Of a stretch of 64,000 nucleotides of DNA, positions 1-9,790 are shown piece by piece. The DNA comes from Polyangiales bacterium (GTDB lineage: Bacteria > Myxococcota_A > Polyangia > Polyangiales > Ga0077539). The first letter of the stretch is position 1. Every line of letters starts with the position of its first letter. The notes under the pieces are model-generated. The model saw only the letters and a program-made list of their open reading frames with translations. It did not search any database and had not been told where the DNA came from. A program made the position numbers and the translations under genes. The DNA is taken from positions 288,001-352,000 of the forward strand of contig JBGARZ010000005.1 of the NCBI GenBank assembly GCA_044229975.1, in the 5' to 3' direction.

Positions 1-1
1 C

Positions 2-904
2 GTGACGCTCGAACCCTGCAACCACCACGGGCGCACGGCGCCGTGCACCGAAGCGCTGGTTCGCGCGGGCGTGGCGCGCGTGGTGTTCGCGGTGCCCGAC
101 CCCAATCCGCATGTGCGCGGCCACGGTCGCGAGATGCTCCGCGCGGCGGGCGTCATCGTGGAGGAGGGCTTCCTCCCCGACTTCCAGCGCGAGGCCGAGC
201 GCATCATCGCGCCGTGGATGCGCTTCATCACGACGGGCCGCGCGCACGTCACGCTGAAGGCCGCGATGTCGCTCGACGGAAGCATCGCATCCCGCGACGG
301 CGAGAGCCGATGGATCACCTCCGAAGACGCTCGCGTCGACGGCCACAAGCTGCGGGCGCGGTGCGACGCGATCCTCGTGGGCAGCGGCACCGTGCGCGCC
401 GACGACCCGCTGCTCACCGTGCGCGGCGTGGCGGTGGAGCGAGCCCCGGCGCGGGTGATCGTGTCGCGAGACGCGAGGGTTCCGCTGGAGTCGAAGCTGG
501 TCGCGACCGCGGGCGAGGCGCCGACCTGGGTGCTTTGCGCGCGCGGTGGCGACGACGATCAGCGCGCGCGGGCGGGAGCTCTCGCCGAACGCGGTGCGAA
601 CGTCATCGAGGTCGATGCTCGCGACGATGGCGGCGTCGACCTGCGCGCGGCGATGCACACGCTCGCGGGCCTCGGGGTGGTGTCGGTGCTCTGCGAGGGC
701 GGCGGCGCGCTGCACGGGGCGCTGCGCGACGCGGGCGTGGTCGACCGCGTGGTGGCCTACGTCGCGCCGATGCTGCTCGGCGGCGGGGGATTGCGCGCCA
801 TCGGCGGCGCCGGGGCCGGGATGCTCGCCGACGCGACGCGCCTGGGCGAATGGGACGTGAAGCGGGTCGGGCCCGACCTGCGCATCGAAGCCGAGGTGGT
901 CTGA
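2..904 (+). CDS. ribD: Bifunctional riboflavin deaminase/reductase RibD (5' end outside the window)
   Basis: TLEPCNHHGRTAPC deaminase Zn motif; KAAMSLDG, WITS, GSGTVRADDP and EGGG reductase motifs; first gene of a rib operon. Confidence 0.96.
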   Translation: MTLEPCNHHGRTAPCTEALVRAGVARVVFAVPDPNPHVRGHGREMLRAAGVIVEEGFLPDFQREAERIIAPWMRFITTGRAHVTLKAAMSLDGSIASRDGESRWITSEDARVDGHKLRARCDAILVGSGTVRADDPLLTVRGVAVERAPARVIVSRDARVPLESKLVATAGEAPTWVLCARGGDDDQRARAGALAERGANVIEVDARDDGGVDLRAAMHTLAGLGVVSVLCEGGGALHGALRDAGVVDRVVAYVAPMLLGGGGLRAIGGAGAGMLADATRLGEWDVKRVGPDLRIEAEVV

Positions 905-908
905 GTCC

Positions 909-1568
909 ATGTTCACGGGGATCATCCAGGCAGTGGGAACCCTGCGCGCGATCGAGCGCCGCGGGGCGGCGGCGTGGCTCGACGTGTCGTGTCCGTTCGC
1001 GAAGCTGGAGCTCGGCGAGAGCATCGCGGTGGACGGCGTGTGCCTCACGGTGACGCGCATCCTCGACGGCGCGTTTACCGCTGATGCCAGCGCCGAGACC
1101 CTCGCGCGCACCACCCTCGGGGCGCGCTCGCCGGGCGCGCGGGTGAACCTCGAACGGGCGCTCGCGCTCGGCGATCGCATGGGCGGTCACATCGTGTCGG
1201 GGCACGTCGACGGGGTGGGCGAGGTCGTGCGCCGCGAGCGGGTGGAGAGCGCCGAGCGGGTGGTGTTTCGTGGGCCGCGCGAGGTGCTGCGGTACATCGC
1301 CGAGAAGGGCAGCGTTGCGATCGACGGGGTAAGCCTGACGGTCAACGCGGTGGCGGGCGAGACGTTCGAGGTGATGCTGGTGCCGTTCACCCAGGGGGCG
1401 ACGACGTTGACCGAGAGGCGCGTGGGTGACCGCGTGAACCTTGAGGTAGACGTCATCGCCCGGTACGTGGCGCGGGCGTTGACCTGGGACCGCGAGACAC
1501 CACAACCCGGCGCGGCGGACGACGCCCGGTGGCGGGCCCTGCTCGAAGGCTTCGGAAAAGGACAGTGA
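909..1568 (+). CDS. ribE: Riboflavin synthase alpha chain
   Basis: N-terminal MFTGII signature, [35 protein letters not shown]. Confidence 0.96.
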   Translation: MFTGIIQAVGTLRAIERRGAAAWLDVSCPFAKLELGESIAVDGVCLTVTRILDGAFTADASAETLARTTLGARSPGARVNLERALALGDRMGGHIVSGHVDGVGEVVRRERVESAERVVFRGPREVLRYIAEKGSVAIDGVSLTVNAVAGETFEVMLVPFTQGATTLTERRVGDRVNLEVDVIARYVARALTWDRETPQPGAADDARWRALLEGFGKGQ

Positions 1569-1570
1569 CG

Positions 1571-2728
1571 ATGCTCGAAGGAACGGCAGAGACCCGCGTG
1601 CGCGCGGCGGTGGCGGCGATCCGCGAGGGGCGGATGGTGATTCTCACGGACGACGAAGACCGCGAGAACGAGGGCGACCTGGTGCTGGCGGCCGAGCGGG
1701 TGACGCCGGAGGCCATCAACTTCATGGCCAAGCACGCGCGCGGACTCATCTGCCTGACGCTGACCGAAGACCACATCGAGCGGCTGCGCCTGCCGATGAT
1801 GGTGGAGAAGAACAAGGCGTCGCTCGGCACGGCGTTTACCGTGAGCGTCGAGGCGCGCGAGGGCGTCACCACGGGCATCTCGGCGGCCGACCGCGCGCAC
1901 ACCGTGCGGGTCGCGGTGGCGCCCAACACGAAGCCCGAAGACCTCGTCTCGCCGGGGCACATCTTCCCGCTGCGGGCGCGGCCCGGCGGTGTGCTTCAGC
2001 GCACCGGGCAGACCGAGGGCAGCATCGACCTCGCGGTGCTCGCGGGGCTGCACCCGTCGGGGGTCATCTGCGAGATCATGAACGACGACGGCACCATGGC
2101 GCGCATGCCGGAGCTGGTGGAGTTCTCGCGCATCCACGACGTGCCGCTGGTGACCATCGAGGACCTCATCCAGTTTCGGTTGATGACCGACCGGCTGGTG
2201 CGGCGGGTGAGCTCGGCGAAGTTTACCCCGCGGGGTATGTCGAAGGTCTGGGAGGCCCACGTCTACGAGGCGTCGGTCGAGGCGGGGCGGCAGTTCCTGG
2301 CGTTGGTTCATGGCGAGCCGACGGCGGATGAGCCGACGCTGGTGCGGATGCACCCGGGGGCGGTGTTTGCCGACCTGTTCGCGCCGTCGACGACCTCGGA
2401 TGGAAAGCCCATCGTCGGGGGCGGGGAGTACCTCGCCGAGGCGATGCACCACATGGAGCGTGAGGGCGCCGGCGTGGTGGTGTACCTCCCCCCGCGGCAC
2501 CTCGACCTGCTCGAAGACCTGCGGCAACTCACTGGTGAAGCGCCCACGCGCACGCACGACATCGCGAGCAACGGGTCGCCCGCGCAGCGCGAGCACGGCA
2601 TGGGGGCGCAGGTGCTGCGCGACCTCGGGCTGCGGAAGATCCGGCTGATGACCAACAACCCGCGGCGCCTCGTGGGCCTGAGCGCCTACGACCTCGAAGT
2701 CGTCGAGCGGGTCGGGCTCGGCGCGTAG
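1571..2728 (+). CDS. ribB: 3,4-dihydroxy-2-butanone-4-phosphate synthase fused to a degenerate GTP cyclohydrolase II-like domain (RibBX type)
   Basis: [27 protein letters not shown] and [12 protein letters not shown] motifs; C-terminal domain keeps [17 protein letters not shown] but has no Zn cysteines; ATG at 1571 chosen. Confidence 0.93.
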   Translation: MLEGTAETRVRAAVAAIREGRMVILTDDEDRENEGDLVLAAERVTPEAINFMAKHARGLICLTLTEDHIERLRLPMMVEKNKASLGTAFTVSVEAREGVTTGISAADRAHTVRVAVAPNTKPEDLVSPGHIFPLRARPGGVLQRTGQTEGSIDLAVLAGLHPSGVICEIMNDDGTMARMPELVEFSRIHDVPLVTIEDLIQFRLMTDRLVRRVSSAKFTPRGMSKVWEAHVYEASVEAGRQFLALVHGEPTADEPTLVRMHPGAVFADLFAPSTTSDGKPIVGGGEYLAEAMHHMEREGAGVVVYLPPRHLDLLEDLRQLTGEAPTRTHDIASNGSPAQREHGMGAQVLRDLGLRKIRLMTNNPRRLVGLSAYDLEVVERVGLGA

Positions 2729-2804
2729 GGCGACCGTCGGACGGGTTGACCCGATGCCCGTGTCGGTGGGATGTAGCGCTCCGTCAAAACCCTAGGGAAT
2801 ACCC

Positions 2805-3281
2805 ATGGAAGTAAAGATCATCGAGGCCGACCTCGTCGCCCGCGGGTTGCGCGTCGCGATCCTGGCCAGCCGCTTCAACCACTTCATCGTCGACCGCCTC
2901 GTCGAGGGCGCCACGGACTGCGTCCGTCGCCACGGGGGCGAGGACATCACGCTGGTGCGCGCGCCCGGCGCGTGGGAGCTGCCGCTCATCTGCCAGTCGC
3001 TGGTGCGCAGCGGGCGCTTCGACGCGGTCATCGCGGTGGGCGCGGTGATTCGCGGGAGCACGCCGCACTTCGACTACGTGGCGGGCGAGGTCACCAAGGG
3101 CCTCGCGCAGGTGTCGTTGGCGTCGGGGGTTCCGGTGACCTTCGGGGTGCTCACGGTGGACAGCATCGAGCAGGCCGTCGAGCGCGCCGGCACCAAGGCG
3201 GGCAACAAGGGGTGGGAGGCCGCGTCGAGCGCGATCGAGATGGCCAACCTCCAGCGGGTGCTCAAGAACGATGGCTTCTAG
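2805..3281 (+). CDS. ribH: 6,7-dimethyl-8-ribityllumazine synthase
   Basis: [39 protein letters not shown]. Confidence 0.97.
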   Translation: MEVKIIEADLVARGLRVAILASRFNHFIVDRLVEGATDCVRRHGGEDITLVRAPGAWELPLICQSLVRSGRFDAVIAVGAVIRGSTPHFDYVAGEVTKGLAQVSLASGVPVTFGVLTVDSIEQAVERAGTKAGNKGWEAASSAIEMANLQRVLKNDGF

Positions 3282-3750
3282 GGACTCCAAGGCGCCCAAG
3301 GCGCAGCAGCACGACGACAACGGGCTGCGGCGGCAGGCGCGCGAGGCGGCGGCGCAGGTGCTCTACGCGCTGGACGCGGCGGGCGATCGGTCCACGGAGT
3401 TCGTGGAAGAGGCGATGCGGAGCTACTGGGCGCACCTCGAAGGCCCGGCGCCGGGGCGACCGTACGGCGACGAGATCGTCCGTGGGGTGGTCGCGAAGTG
3501 GGAAGCGATCGATCCGATGATTCGGGCGGCCAACCCCAACTGGCGCATCGAGCGCATGGCGCGGGTCGACCGCAACGTGCTGCGGATGGCGACGTGGGAG
3601 ATGGTGTTCGGGGATGTTCCGCCGGAGGTGGCCATCAACGAGGCCATCGAGCTGGCGAAGCGCTTCGGCACGGAAGACTCGGCGGCCTTCGTCAACGGCA
3701 CGCTCGACAAGCTGGCGACGCTCCAGGGCAAGCTCGCGCCGCGCGGCTGA
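3271..3750 (+). CDS. nusB: Transcription antitermination factor NusB
   Basis: [46 protein letters not shown]; classic ribH-nusB order with overlap. Confidence 0.95.
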   Translation: MASRDSKAPKAQQHDDNGLRRQAREAAAQVLYALDAAGDRSTEFVEEAMRSYWAHLEGPAPGRPYGDEIVRGVVAKWEAIDPMIRAANPNWRIERMARVDRNVLRMATWEMVFGDVPPEVAINEAIELAKRFGTEDSAAFVNGTLDKLATLQGKLAPRG

Positions 3751-3765
3751 ACGCGTTGCTGGCTC

Positions 3766-4086
3766 TCAACGAGCCAGCGACGGGACATCCGACCGCGGAG
3801 GCGGCGGACCACCGTCCGACGGTCGGTACTGCGACGGCTCGTTGACGTGGCGCTCGACGCAACGGACGAACTCCGCTCGCCCCGCTTCCAACGTGCACTC
3901 CTGCTGACACGCGTCGCAGGCCTCGCCATCGCCACGAGCGCTCGCATCGGTCACCGAGGCATCGACGGCCGACGTCGGCAGGCCGGGCGGCGGTGGCTGC
4001 TCAGGGGTCTCTGGAGCGGGCCTCTGTCTGCCCGCGCAGCTCAACGCGCTGACTCCGAGCATCAACAACACGACGACAACTCTCAT
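3766..4086 (-). CDS. Small hypothetical lipoprotein
   Basis: Hydrophobic signal ending ALSC, Pro-rich/DAS linker, four further Cys (CDACQQEC...C). Confidence 0.6.
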   Translation of the reverse strand: MRVVVVLLMLGVSALSCAGRQRPAPETPEQPPPPGLPTSAVDASVTDASARGDGEACDACQQECTLEAGRAEFVRCVERHVNEPSQYRPSDGGPPPPRSDVPSLAR

Positions 4087-4274
4087 GGCGCGGGCGGATA
4101 CTGGTGCCCGATGGATCGATCCGCCATGGAGGTCGTCGGTGACTGACCGTGTCGGATGCGGGCGCGCCGTGCTGCTTCGGAAGGGCCTCGCGCGACGAAT
4201 CCCGTTGACAGCGATCGAGGCTGAGCCGCGTGTGCAGGGAGGCCGATCGAGACGGCCGAAGGAGGACGACGGTC

Positions 4275-6038
4275 ATGGTGGGTCGCTGGTTGCCGCGCTT
4301 GCTTCTGGGTCCGTTGTGGTGCGCCGTCTTCGCGCTCGCGTGCACCAGCACCGAGCCGGCCGCGACGCCTCCCCCGCCGGCGCCGGTGTGCCCGGAGCAC
4401 GACGCCTCGACCCCGCCCCCGGTGCCCAACCCCTTCACCGTCGTGCACGTCGATCCTGGCGCCTCTGCGCCGCTCCTGCTCGCGGTGCACGCATGCGCCG
4501 GCTTGCACAACCGCGCGGTAGGCGGGTCGGTGTACGTCGAGTCGGACACGCACGACACGGCGTGGCTGACCGAGCTCGCCATGGTTCCGCGCGCGACGGT
4601 CAACGCGGAGGAGTTCGTGCGCTCATGCGTCACGGCGTTTCCGACGTGCGTCCGGTACGACTACGCGAGCCAGCGGACGCTGCTGCCCAACATCCTCACG
4701 GTCGCCGCGGCGCTCGGCGCGGTGCCGGTGGACGGCAGCCTCAACCTGACCTGCGCCACCACGGCCTTCGACGCCGTCACGGCGCTCCAGAGCCGGAACA
4801 CGCCCGCGCTCGCCACGCGCTACGTCTTCGACGAGTTCGGCGCGCAGACCACCGGCCTCGCGATGCTCAACCCCGGCTACGACCAGCAGGCCGCCGACCA
4901 GGGCAACCCCTCCATCACGCGCGACATGCGGCCCTCCCTGGTCGACTTCGTGTTTTCGCAGAAGCTCTTCACGGTGTTCCTGGTCAACGGATGCACCAGC
5001 GGAAACCCCGAGCGGGAGCTGCTCTCCAGCATCGTCAACTCCGGTCGGTGGCCGACGCCGATCAGTGTGTACGGCTACAACAACTCGTGGCTCGTGCTCG
5101 GCGGCTACATCCACGAGGCGCAGACGCGCTGCCTCGACTCGCGCAACATGGGCGCCATCGCGAGCGAGACGAGCAACCTGTCGTTCTTCTCGACGCGCTC
5201 ACCGGCCATCACCGAGTCGCGGGTGGTCACGCAAATCCCCTTGGAGCAGGTGACCTACGACGCCACGCGCACCTACGTCGCGTTCGTCGTCGGCGACGGC
5301 GACAACCTCGATTACATCCGCACCACGCGCCGTGAGTGGTTTCGCCAGCGCGTCGCCGAGTGCCAGTCGGGGAGCGCACCGTGCCCGCCGCTCACGTGGA
5401 CGATCTCGCCGCACCTGACGCACCTCGCGCCCGACGTGCTGCGTTGGTACTACGACCAGAGCCACCGCACAGGTCACGACTACTTCACCATGCCGCCCAG
5501 CGGCCACCTCTACGCGTACCCATCCTCGCTCGCGGAGGACTCGCAGAACCGCTTCGCCGCCGCGACGGAGGTCGACGCGTGCGTGCTCGGTGTGGCGGGC
5601 ACCGTGCACTGGGACTGGGCGGGCACGTGGCACACCGCCGAGGACCACTTCCTGCCGAAGTACGCGCGGGCCGGTGGCCCCATCCGCGGCATCTTTCCGG
5701 TCAACGTCCCGTACCTGTTTCCGACCTTCACGTGGTGGCCACGGGACCAGTTCTTCGAGGTGCTCACCGGCGCGGGCGGAGGGCGGCTCGCGCTCTTCCG
5801 ACCGCGTGAGTGGCGCGGCATCAGCAACGACGCGGACGTCCATCTGCTGAGCCCGCGACGGATGGCCGACGAGATCGGCGCGTACCCCCGCGGGACGGTG
5901 ACGTGGGTGTACCTCACCAGCGACGGCGGGCTGACGTTGGAGAACTCCTTCCTCGCGCTCTCGCAGATGCTGCCGGCGCACGTTCAGCTCGTGAGCACCG
6001 ACACGGCCGCGCGGCTGGCGCTCGCTGCGCGTCGCTGA
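4275..6038 (+). CDS. GxGYxYP-family putative glycoside hydrolase lipoprotein
   Basis: GGAGG RBS at 4261 before ATG 4275; lipobox FALAC; YVAFVVGDGDNL, WTISP and PPSGHLYAYP resemble the GxGYxYP C-terminal domain. Confidence 0.7.
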   Translation: MVGRWLPRLLLGPLWCAVFALACTSTEPAATPPPPAPVCPEHDASTPPPVPNPFTVVHVDPGASAPLLLAVHACAGLHNRAVGGSVYVESDTHDTAWLTELAMVPRATVNAEEFVRSCVTAFPTCVRYDYASQRTLLPNILTVAAALGAVPVDGSLNLTCATTAFDAVTALQSRNTPALATRYVFDEFGAQTTGLAMLNPGYDQQAADQGNPSITRDMRPSLVDFVFSQKLFTVFLVNGCTSGNPERELLSSIVNSGRWPTPISVYGYNNSWLVLGGYIHEAQTRCLDSRNMGAIASETSNLSFFSTRSPAITESRVVTQIPLEQVTYDATRTYVAFVVGDGDNLDYIRTTRREWFRQRVAECQSGSAPCPPLTWTISPHLTHLAPDVLRWYYDQSHRTGHDYFTMPPSGHLYAYPSSLAEDSQNRFAAATEVDACVLGVAGTVHWDWAGTWHTAEDHFLPKYARAGGPIRGIFPVNVPYLFPTFTWWPRDQFFEVLTGAGGGRLALFRPREWRGISNDADVHLLSPRRMADEIGAYPRGTVTWVYLTSDGGLTLENSFLALSQMLPAHVQLVSTDTAARLALAARR

Positions 6039-6103
6039 GACTCTCGGCACGAGCGCACGCCCGGTCGCAAGGGACGGGCAATGTCTACGCGGCAGGCGCC
6101 GAG

Positions 6104-6433
6104 TCAGCGCACGGCGCCCGGGTTCTGCCGCTCGGCCAACCTGCGCTCGACCCAGGCGAGTTGCTCGTCGAGCGTGTCGTCGATCGAGAGCCCCGGCGCA
6201 GGCGCGGCGGCGCCCCGCTGACGCCGCAGGTAGAGGCGCCCCTGGCAGGCCGTGCAGCGCAGCACGCGGACCGACCCTCGCGACCGGGCGACGTCGCCGA
6301 TGCGGTGTAGCCACGGCGTTTCGTGGGAGCACTCCCGCAGCGAGGTGTGCTTCTGGGAGAGGGCGTGGAGCGCGTCTCCGTTGCCGGTCACGAAGGCCGC
6401 GCGCACGGCGGCGTCGATGGTGGCGTCGTCCAC
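6104..6433 (-). CDS. Small hypothetical protein, possible zinc ribbon (start uncertain)
   Basis: CSH...CTAC pattern; fills the gap downstream of the PIN gene on the same strand. Confidence 0.45.
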   Translation of the reverse strand: MDDATIDAAVRAAFVTGNGDALHALSQKHTSLRECSHETPWLHRIGDVARSRGSVRVLRCTACQGRLYLRRQRGAAAPAPGLSIDDTLDEQLAWVERRLAERQNPGAVR

Positions 6434-6534
6434 GTCGACGACGATGCCATACCCGCGCGCCCGTAGTCCGATCGGTCTCGTCGGCGACCAAGTCGGTGAC
6501 GAAGCAAGCCCGAGCGAGCGTCGCCGTGACGTGT

Positions 6535-7317
6535 CTACGGCCGCTCGACGCCCTTGCCCAGCGCGGCGGCGAGTGGCGCGTGATCCCGGGTGTTCGTGGT
6601 CACGACGACCCCGTCATGCGGGCAGAACATGGCAAAGACCGCGTCGCCGAGGGCGAGGCACTGCGACTCGGTCAATGCCGTGTCTCCCCGCTCCAACATC
6701 GACGTGATCACGTCGAGCCTCCGATCGCGCTCGCGCCCGGGAGGTTCGCGGGTCAGCGCCTCCCTCAGCCGCTCAAGGTCTTCACCCCGCCCGAGCATCG
6801 CCGCGGCGATCGCGCACGGCTGCCCGGCTTCACAGTGGAGACGCCCGAGCGCCAGCGTCGACCCTCCGCCGTCGACCGTCTCGACCTCGAGGTAACACGC
6901 GAGGGGCACGATGGTCTCCGTCGCCAGGCTCCGTCGGCGGCGCCACGCGCTCACCACCCGCGTCCACAGCGCGAGCCGCATGCGTTCGAAATGGCGCTCG
7001 TCGCTCTGGGCGACGAGGTCAGCCTCGCGGCCGGCCTCCGCCAGCGCCTCGATCGCCGTCGACGTGAGGTTCCTTTGCGGGGTCTGCGCCATCTTCGCGA
7101 GCCGGTCATGGGTGCCGGGCAGTGACCCCGTTTCGAGCAGGACGTCGTGGAGCCACGCGTAGTGATGCAGCGGGCCCCGCTTGAACTCCTTCAGCGCGTA
7201 GATCGGCAGCAGTCGCCGTTCGAACCGACCGAGGGCCGCGCGGGCGGCAGCGTGCCGAGAGTCCCGGCGCAGCAGCGCGTCCGCGAGGATGGTCGTGTCA
7301 AGAAGCGCCGTGCGCAT
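6535..7317 (-). CDS. PIN-domain-like protein with a large internal insertion
   Basis: N-terminal ALLDTTILAD, a Glu about 40 aa later (LKEF), C-terminal LGDAVFA and VVTTNTRDH; ATG at 7317 overlaps the upstream gene by 20 nt. Confidence 0.7.
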   Translation of the reverse strand: MRTALLDTTILADALLRRDSRHAAARAALGRFERRLLPIYALKEFKRGPLHHYAWLHDVLLETGSLPGTHDRLAKMAQTPQRNLTSTAIEALAEAGREADLVAQSDERHFERMRLALWTRVVSAWRRRRSLATETIVPLACYLEVETVDGGGSTLALGRLHCEAGQPCAIAAAMLGRGEDLERLREALTREPPGRERDRRLDVITSMLERGDTALTESQCLALGDAVFAMFCPHDGVVVTTNTRDHAPLAAALGKGVERP

Positions 7318-7909
7318 CGGAATCCAGCCACGGCGCATCCGCCAGACGATCGAGGGCGAGGGGCTGCGTGCCCCACCCGGCCCGATCAAGTTCCTCGACG
7401 AGGTCGAGGGCGTCATCCGTCGTGAGCTGCACGTCGCCGACGATGCGCGTCGCCACCGCGGCGAGCGTGGCGACGGCCGCGGGGTCCGGCGCCTCGGTCG
7501 CACGCCGTTCGAGTGCGAACATCAGGGCGTTCGCGACGATCGCGGTGGGAGAGCCGCGCTGCGCCCGATCGAAGAGTTCGCCGAGCGCGACGTGCAGCTC
7601 GGTACGCGCCGTCAGCAGCGCGACTGGATCACCCTCGCCCGCCGCCGACGCGAACCCGTCGAGGGATGCACGGAAAGCCTGCCGGAGCGCAGCGCCCAGC
7701 CCCTTTTCGACCTCAAACGCCAGGGTCGGCGTGATGGCTTCGAGAAGGGCGGCACAGGCGCGCGGGTCGGCGACGATCCCCTGTCCGTCGAGCCACAGCA
7801 GCGCGCGGCTGACGATGACCTCCGGCGTTGGCACCGTCGTGATGGACAGCGAGACCACGAGCGCCCTCGCCCACCCACGCAACTGGGTGGGGTCTTCGAA
7901 CACGCTCAT
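7298..7909 (-). CDS. Hypothetical alpha-helical protein
   Basis: 203 aa ORF coupled on both sides (ATGA overlap at 7906-7909); no motif recognised. Confidence 0.7.
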   Translation of the reverse strand: MSVFEDPTQLRGWARALVVSLSITTVPTPEVIVSRALLWLDGQGIVADPRACAALLEAITPTLAFEVEKGLGAALRQAFRASLDGFASAAGEGDPVALLTARTELHVALGELFDRAQRGSPTAIVANALMFALERRATEAPDPAAVATLAAVATRIVGDVQLTTDDALDLVEELDRAGWGTQPLALDRLADAPWLDSDAHGAS

Positions 7910-8232
7910 CGCTCGACGTGCGCGTAGAAGTCACCGCGCTTCGACTGGAACAACTTGACCCTGCCCCCAGCCACCAAATCATGGAGGGCGCCACGCACAG
8001 GCTGGAGCAGCCGCTCTCGCGAAGAAGACGCGAGCGCGAGCGCGACGCCCGCGACCAGCACTGCGGTCGGGTCCAGCGGCACCTTGCCCTTCGCCAACTC
8101 GACGCCCGCGTACACCTCGATCTCGCCAAATGCCTGCTCCGGCTGACGAGCCAGGAACTCATCGACCCGCTCCGTCAGTGGACGCTGGTCCTCATCGATT
8201 TCGCGCTGGAGGTCAGAAACTGCGATCGCCAT
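7906..8232 (-). CDS. Small hypothetical protein, probable winged helix-turn-helix
   Basis: ERVDEFLARQPEQAF..IEV helices and VRGALHDLVAGGRVKLFQSKRGDFY, which resembles a recognition helix plus wing. Confidence 0.6.
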   Translation of the reverse strand: MAIAVSDLQREIDEDQRPLTERVDEFLARQPEQAFGEIEVYAGVELAKGKVPLDPTAVLVAGVALALASSSRERLLQPVRGALHDLVAGGRVKLFQSKRGDFYAHVER

Positions 8233-8369
8233 GACGTCACGACCATACCACGCGCTGTTTCAGGGCGACCCGTTCCTCCGTCGTTGACGGGGTGTCAGAG
8301 ACTCGCGACCCTCCCGTGGTGCCCCTTCCTCCGTCCGCCCAACACGCCACGCAGGTGAGCTGAACCCCC

Positions 8370-8906
8370 ATGGAGGTGCGCTTCGTCCCGCTCGACCTCG
8401 CACGCCTCGATGGTCTTCGCATGGAGGTGCTGGCGTTGCCGTTCTTCGAGGACGAGCGCCCGCTCAAGGGGGTGGCGGGTCTGTGCGACTGGCGGCTCTG
8501 CGGCGCGCTCTCGAAGCTGCTCATCGGAGGTCGCGTCGTGGGCAGCACCGATGAAGTGACGCTGGTCCCGGGTCGGCCGCGGCTGCCCTTCGAGAAGCTC
8601 ATCCTGTACGGCGAAGGGCGCGCGGAGGACTTCGACGCGGCGGCCGCCGAGCGCGTCACGGCGCGGGTGCTCTCGACGCTCTCGGGGCTGCGCCTGCGGT
8701 CGCTCGCGCTGTCGCTGCCGGGGCGCGGGAGCGGGCGCGTCGCGGGGGCCGAGGCGATGCGGTGGTTTCTCCAGGCGATCGAGCAGAGCGACGAGCTCGA
8801 CGAGGTGGTGATCGTGGACGACGCGGAGGCGCAGCGGGCGATGGTGCCCGTGCTCGAAGCCGCGCGGCGTCGGGTGCGGGTGGTTCGCGCCGCGGAAGGA
8901 ACGTAA
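8370..8906 (+). CDS. Stand-alone peptidase M17 (leucyl aminopeptidase) N-terminal domain protein
   Basis: FEDERPLKGVAGLCDWRLCGALSKLL..G...G...E.TL pattern typical of the myxobacterial M17 N-terminal-only family. Confidence 0.75.
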   Translation: MEVRFVPLDLARLDGLRMEVLALPFFEDERPLKGVAGLCDWRLCGALSKLLIGGRVVGSTDEVTLVPGRPRLPFEKLILYGEGRAEDFDAAAAERVTARVLSTLSGLRLRSLALSLPGRGSGRVAGAEAMRWFLQAIEQSDELDEVVIVDDAEAQRAMVPVLEAARRRVRVVRAAEGT

Positions 8907-8911
8907 CGGCG

Positions 8912-9790
8912 ATGCTGCGACCGGAGGACGTGCGACGGCACGCCGAGATGCTGGGCAACCGGGTGAAGAAGAACCACCGGGTGCTCGCCAAGAAGATGAA
9001 CGCCAACGGCACGAGCGCCTTTCGGCTGTACGACCGCGACATCCCCGAGGTGCGCGCGGTGGTCGACTGGTACGAAGGCGAGCTCGTCGTCAGCGAGTAC
9101 GCGCGGGAGCAGACGGCGGTGGTTCCGGGCTACGTCGACGCGCTGGGCGACGGGGTGGCGGCGGCGATGGGCGTCGAGCGCGCGAGGGTTCATTGCCCCG
9201 ACCGCAACGCGCGCAAGGCCGAGCGGAGCGAGCTGTTGGAGGTGCGCGAAAACGGGATGACCTTCGAGGTGCGCCTCGACGAGCACCCCGACACGGGGCT
9301 GCGCACCGACCTTCGCGAGGTGCGACGGATGGTGCGGGCGCAGGCCGCGGGCAAGCGATACCTCGGACTCTACGCGGGCACCGGGACCTTCACCGTGGCA
9401 GCGGCAGTGGGCGGCGCGCAGAACACCGACAGCGTCGACCCGCAGGGCCGTAACCTTACGCGGACTCGTAAGAACCTCGCCCTCAACGACCGCGACCGGC
9501 CCGAGCACTGGACGACGCTGGCCGAGGTGCGCGACTTCCTCGCGGAGGCGCGGACGAAGCGGCGAAGCTGGGACCTCGCGGTGGTGGAGGTTCCGCCGAA
9601 CGGGGACGTCGAGCTCGACGCCGCGTTTGCCGTGATGGCGCCGGGCTCGACGATGTACGTGGTGGCGACCAACCCGCGGACGGCGCCCGACGTGGCGTTG
9701 ATGCGGGCGTGCGAGGAGATGAGCGGGGAGACGGTTCCGCTCGACCACCGCAACGTGGACATCCACCGCTGCTGGCGGGTGCTCTTCTAA
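8912..9790 (+). CDS. Class I SAM-dependent methyltransferase, RlmK/RlmI-like (divergent)
   Basis: NRVKKN, FRLYDRDIPE, VREnG..FEV.L....DTGL, LYAGTGTFTV.AA.GGA..T.SVD. Confidence 0.8.
   Translation: MLRPEDVRRHAEMLGNRVKKNHRVLAKKMNANGTSAFRLYDRDIPEVRAVVDWYEGELVVSEYAREQTAVVPGYVDALGDGVAAAMGVERARVHCPDRNARKAERSELLEVRENGMTFEVRLDEHPDTGLRTDLREVRRMVRAQAAGKRYLGLYAGTGTFTVAAAVGGAQNTDSVDPQGRNLTRTRKNLALNDRDRPEHWTTLAEVRDFLAEARTKRRSWDLAVVEVPPNGDVELDAAFAVMAPGSTMYVVATNPRTAPDVALMRACEEMSGETVPLDHRNVDIHRCWRVLF

Noticed and set aside
2729..2804. FMN riboswitch or other RNA between ribB and ribH
   Set aside because: Only 76 nt and no RFN consensus; a TTGACC hexamer lacks a convincing -10; the operon leader is outside the window
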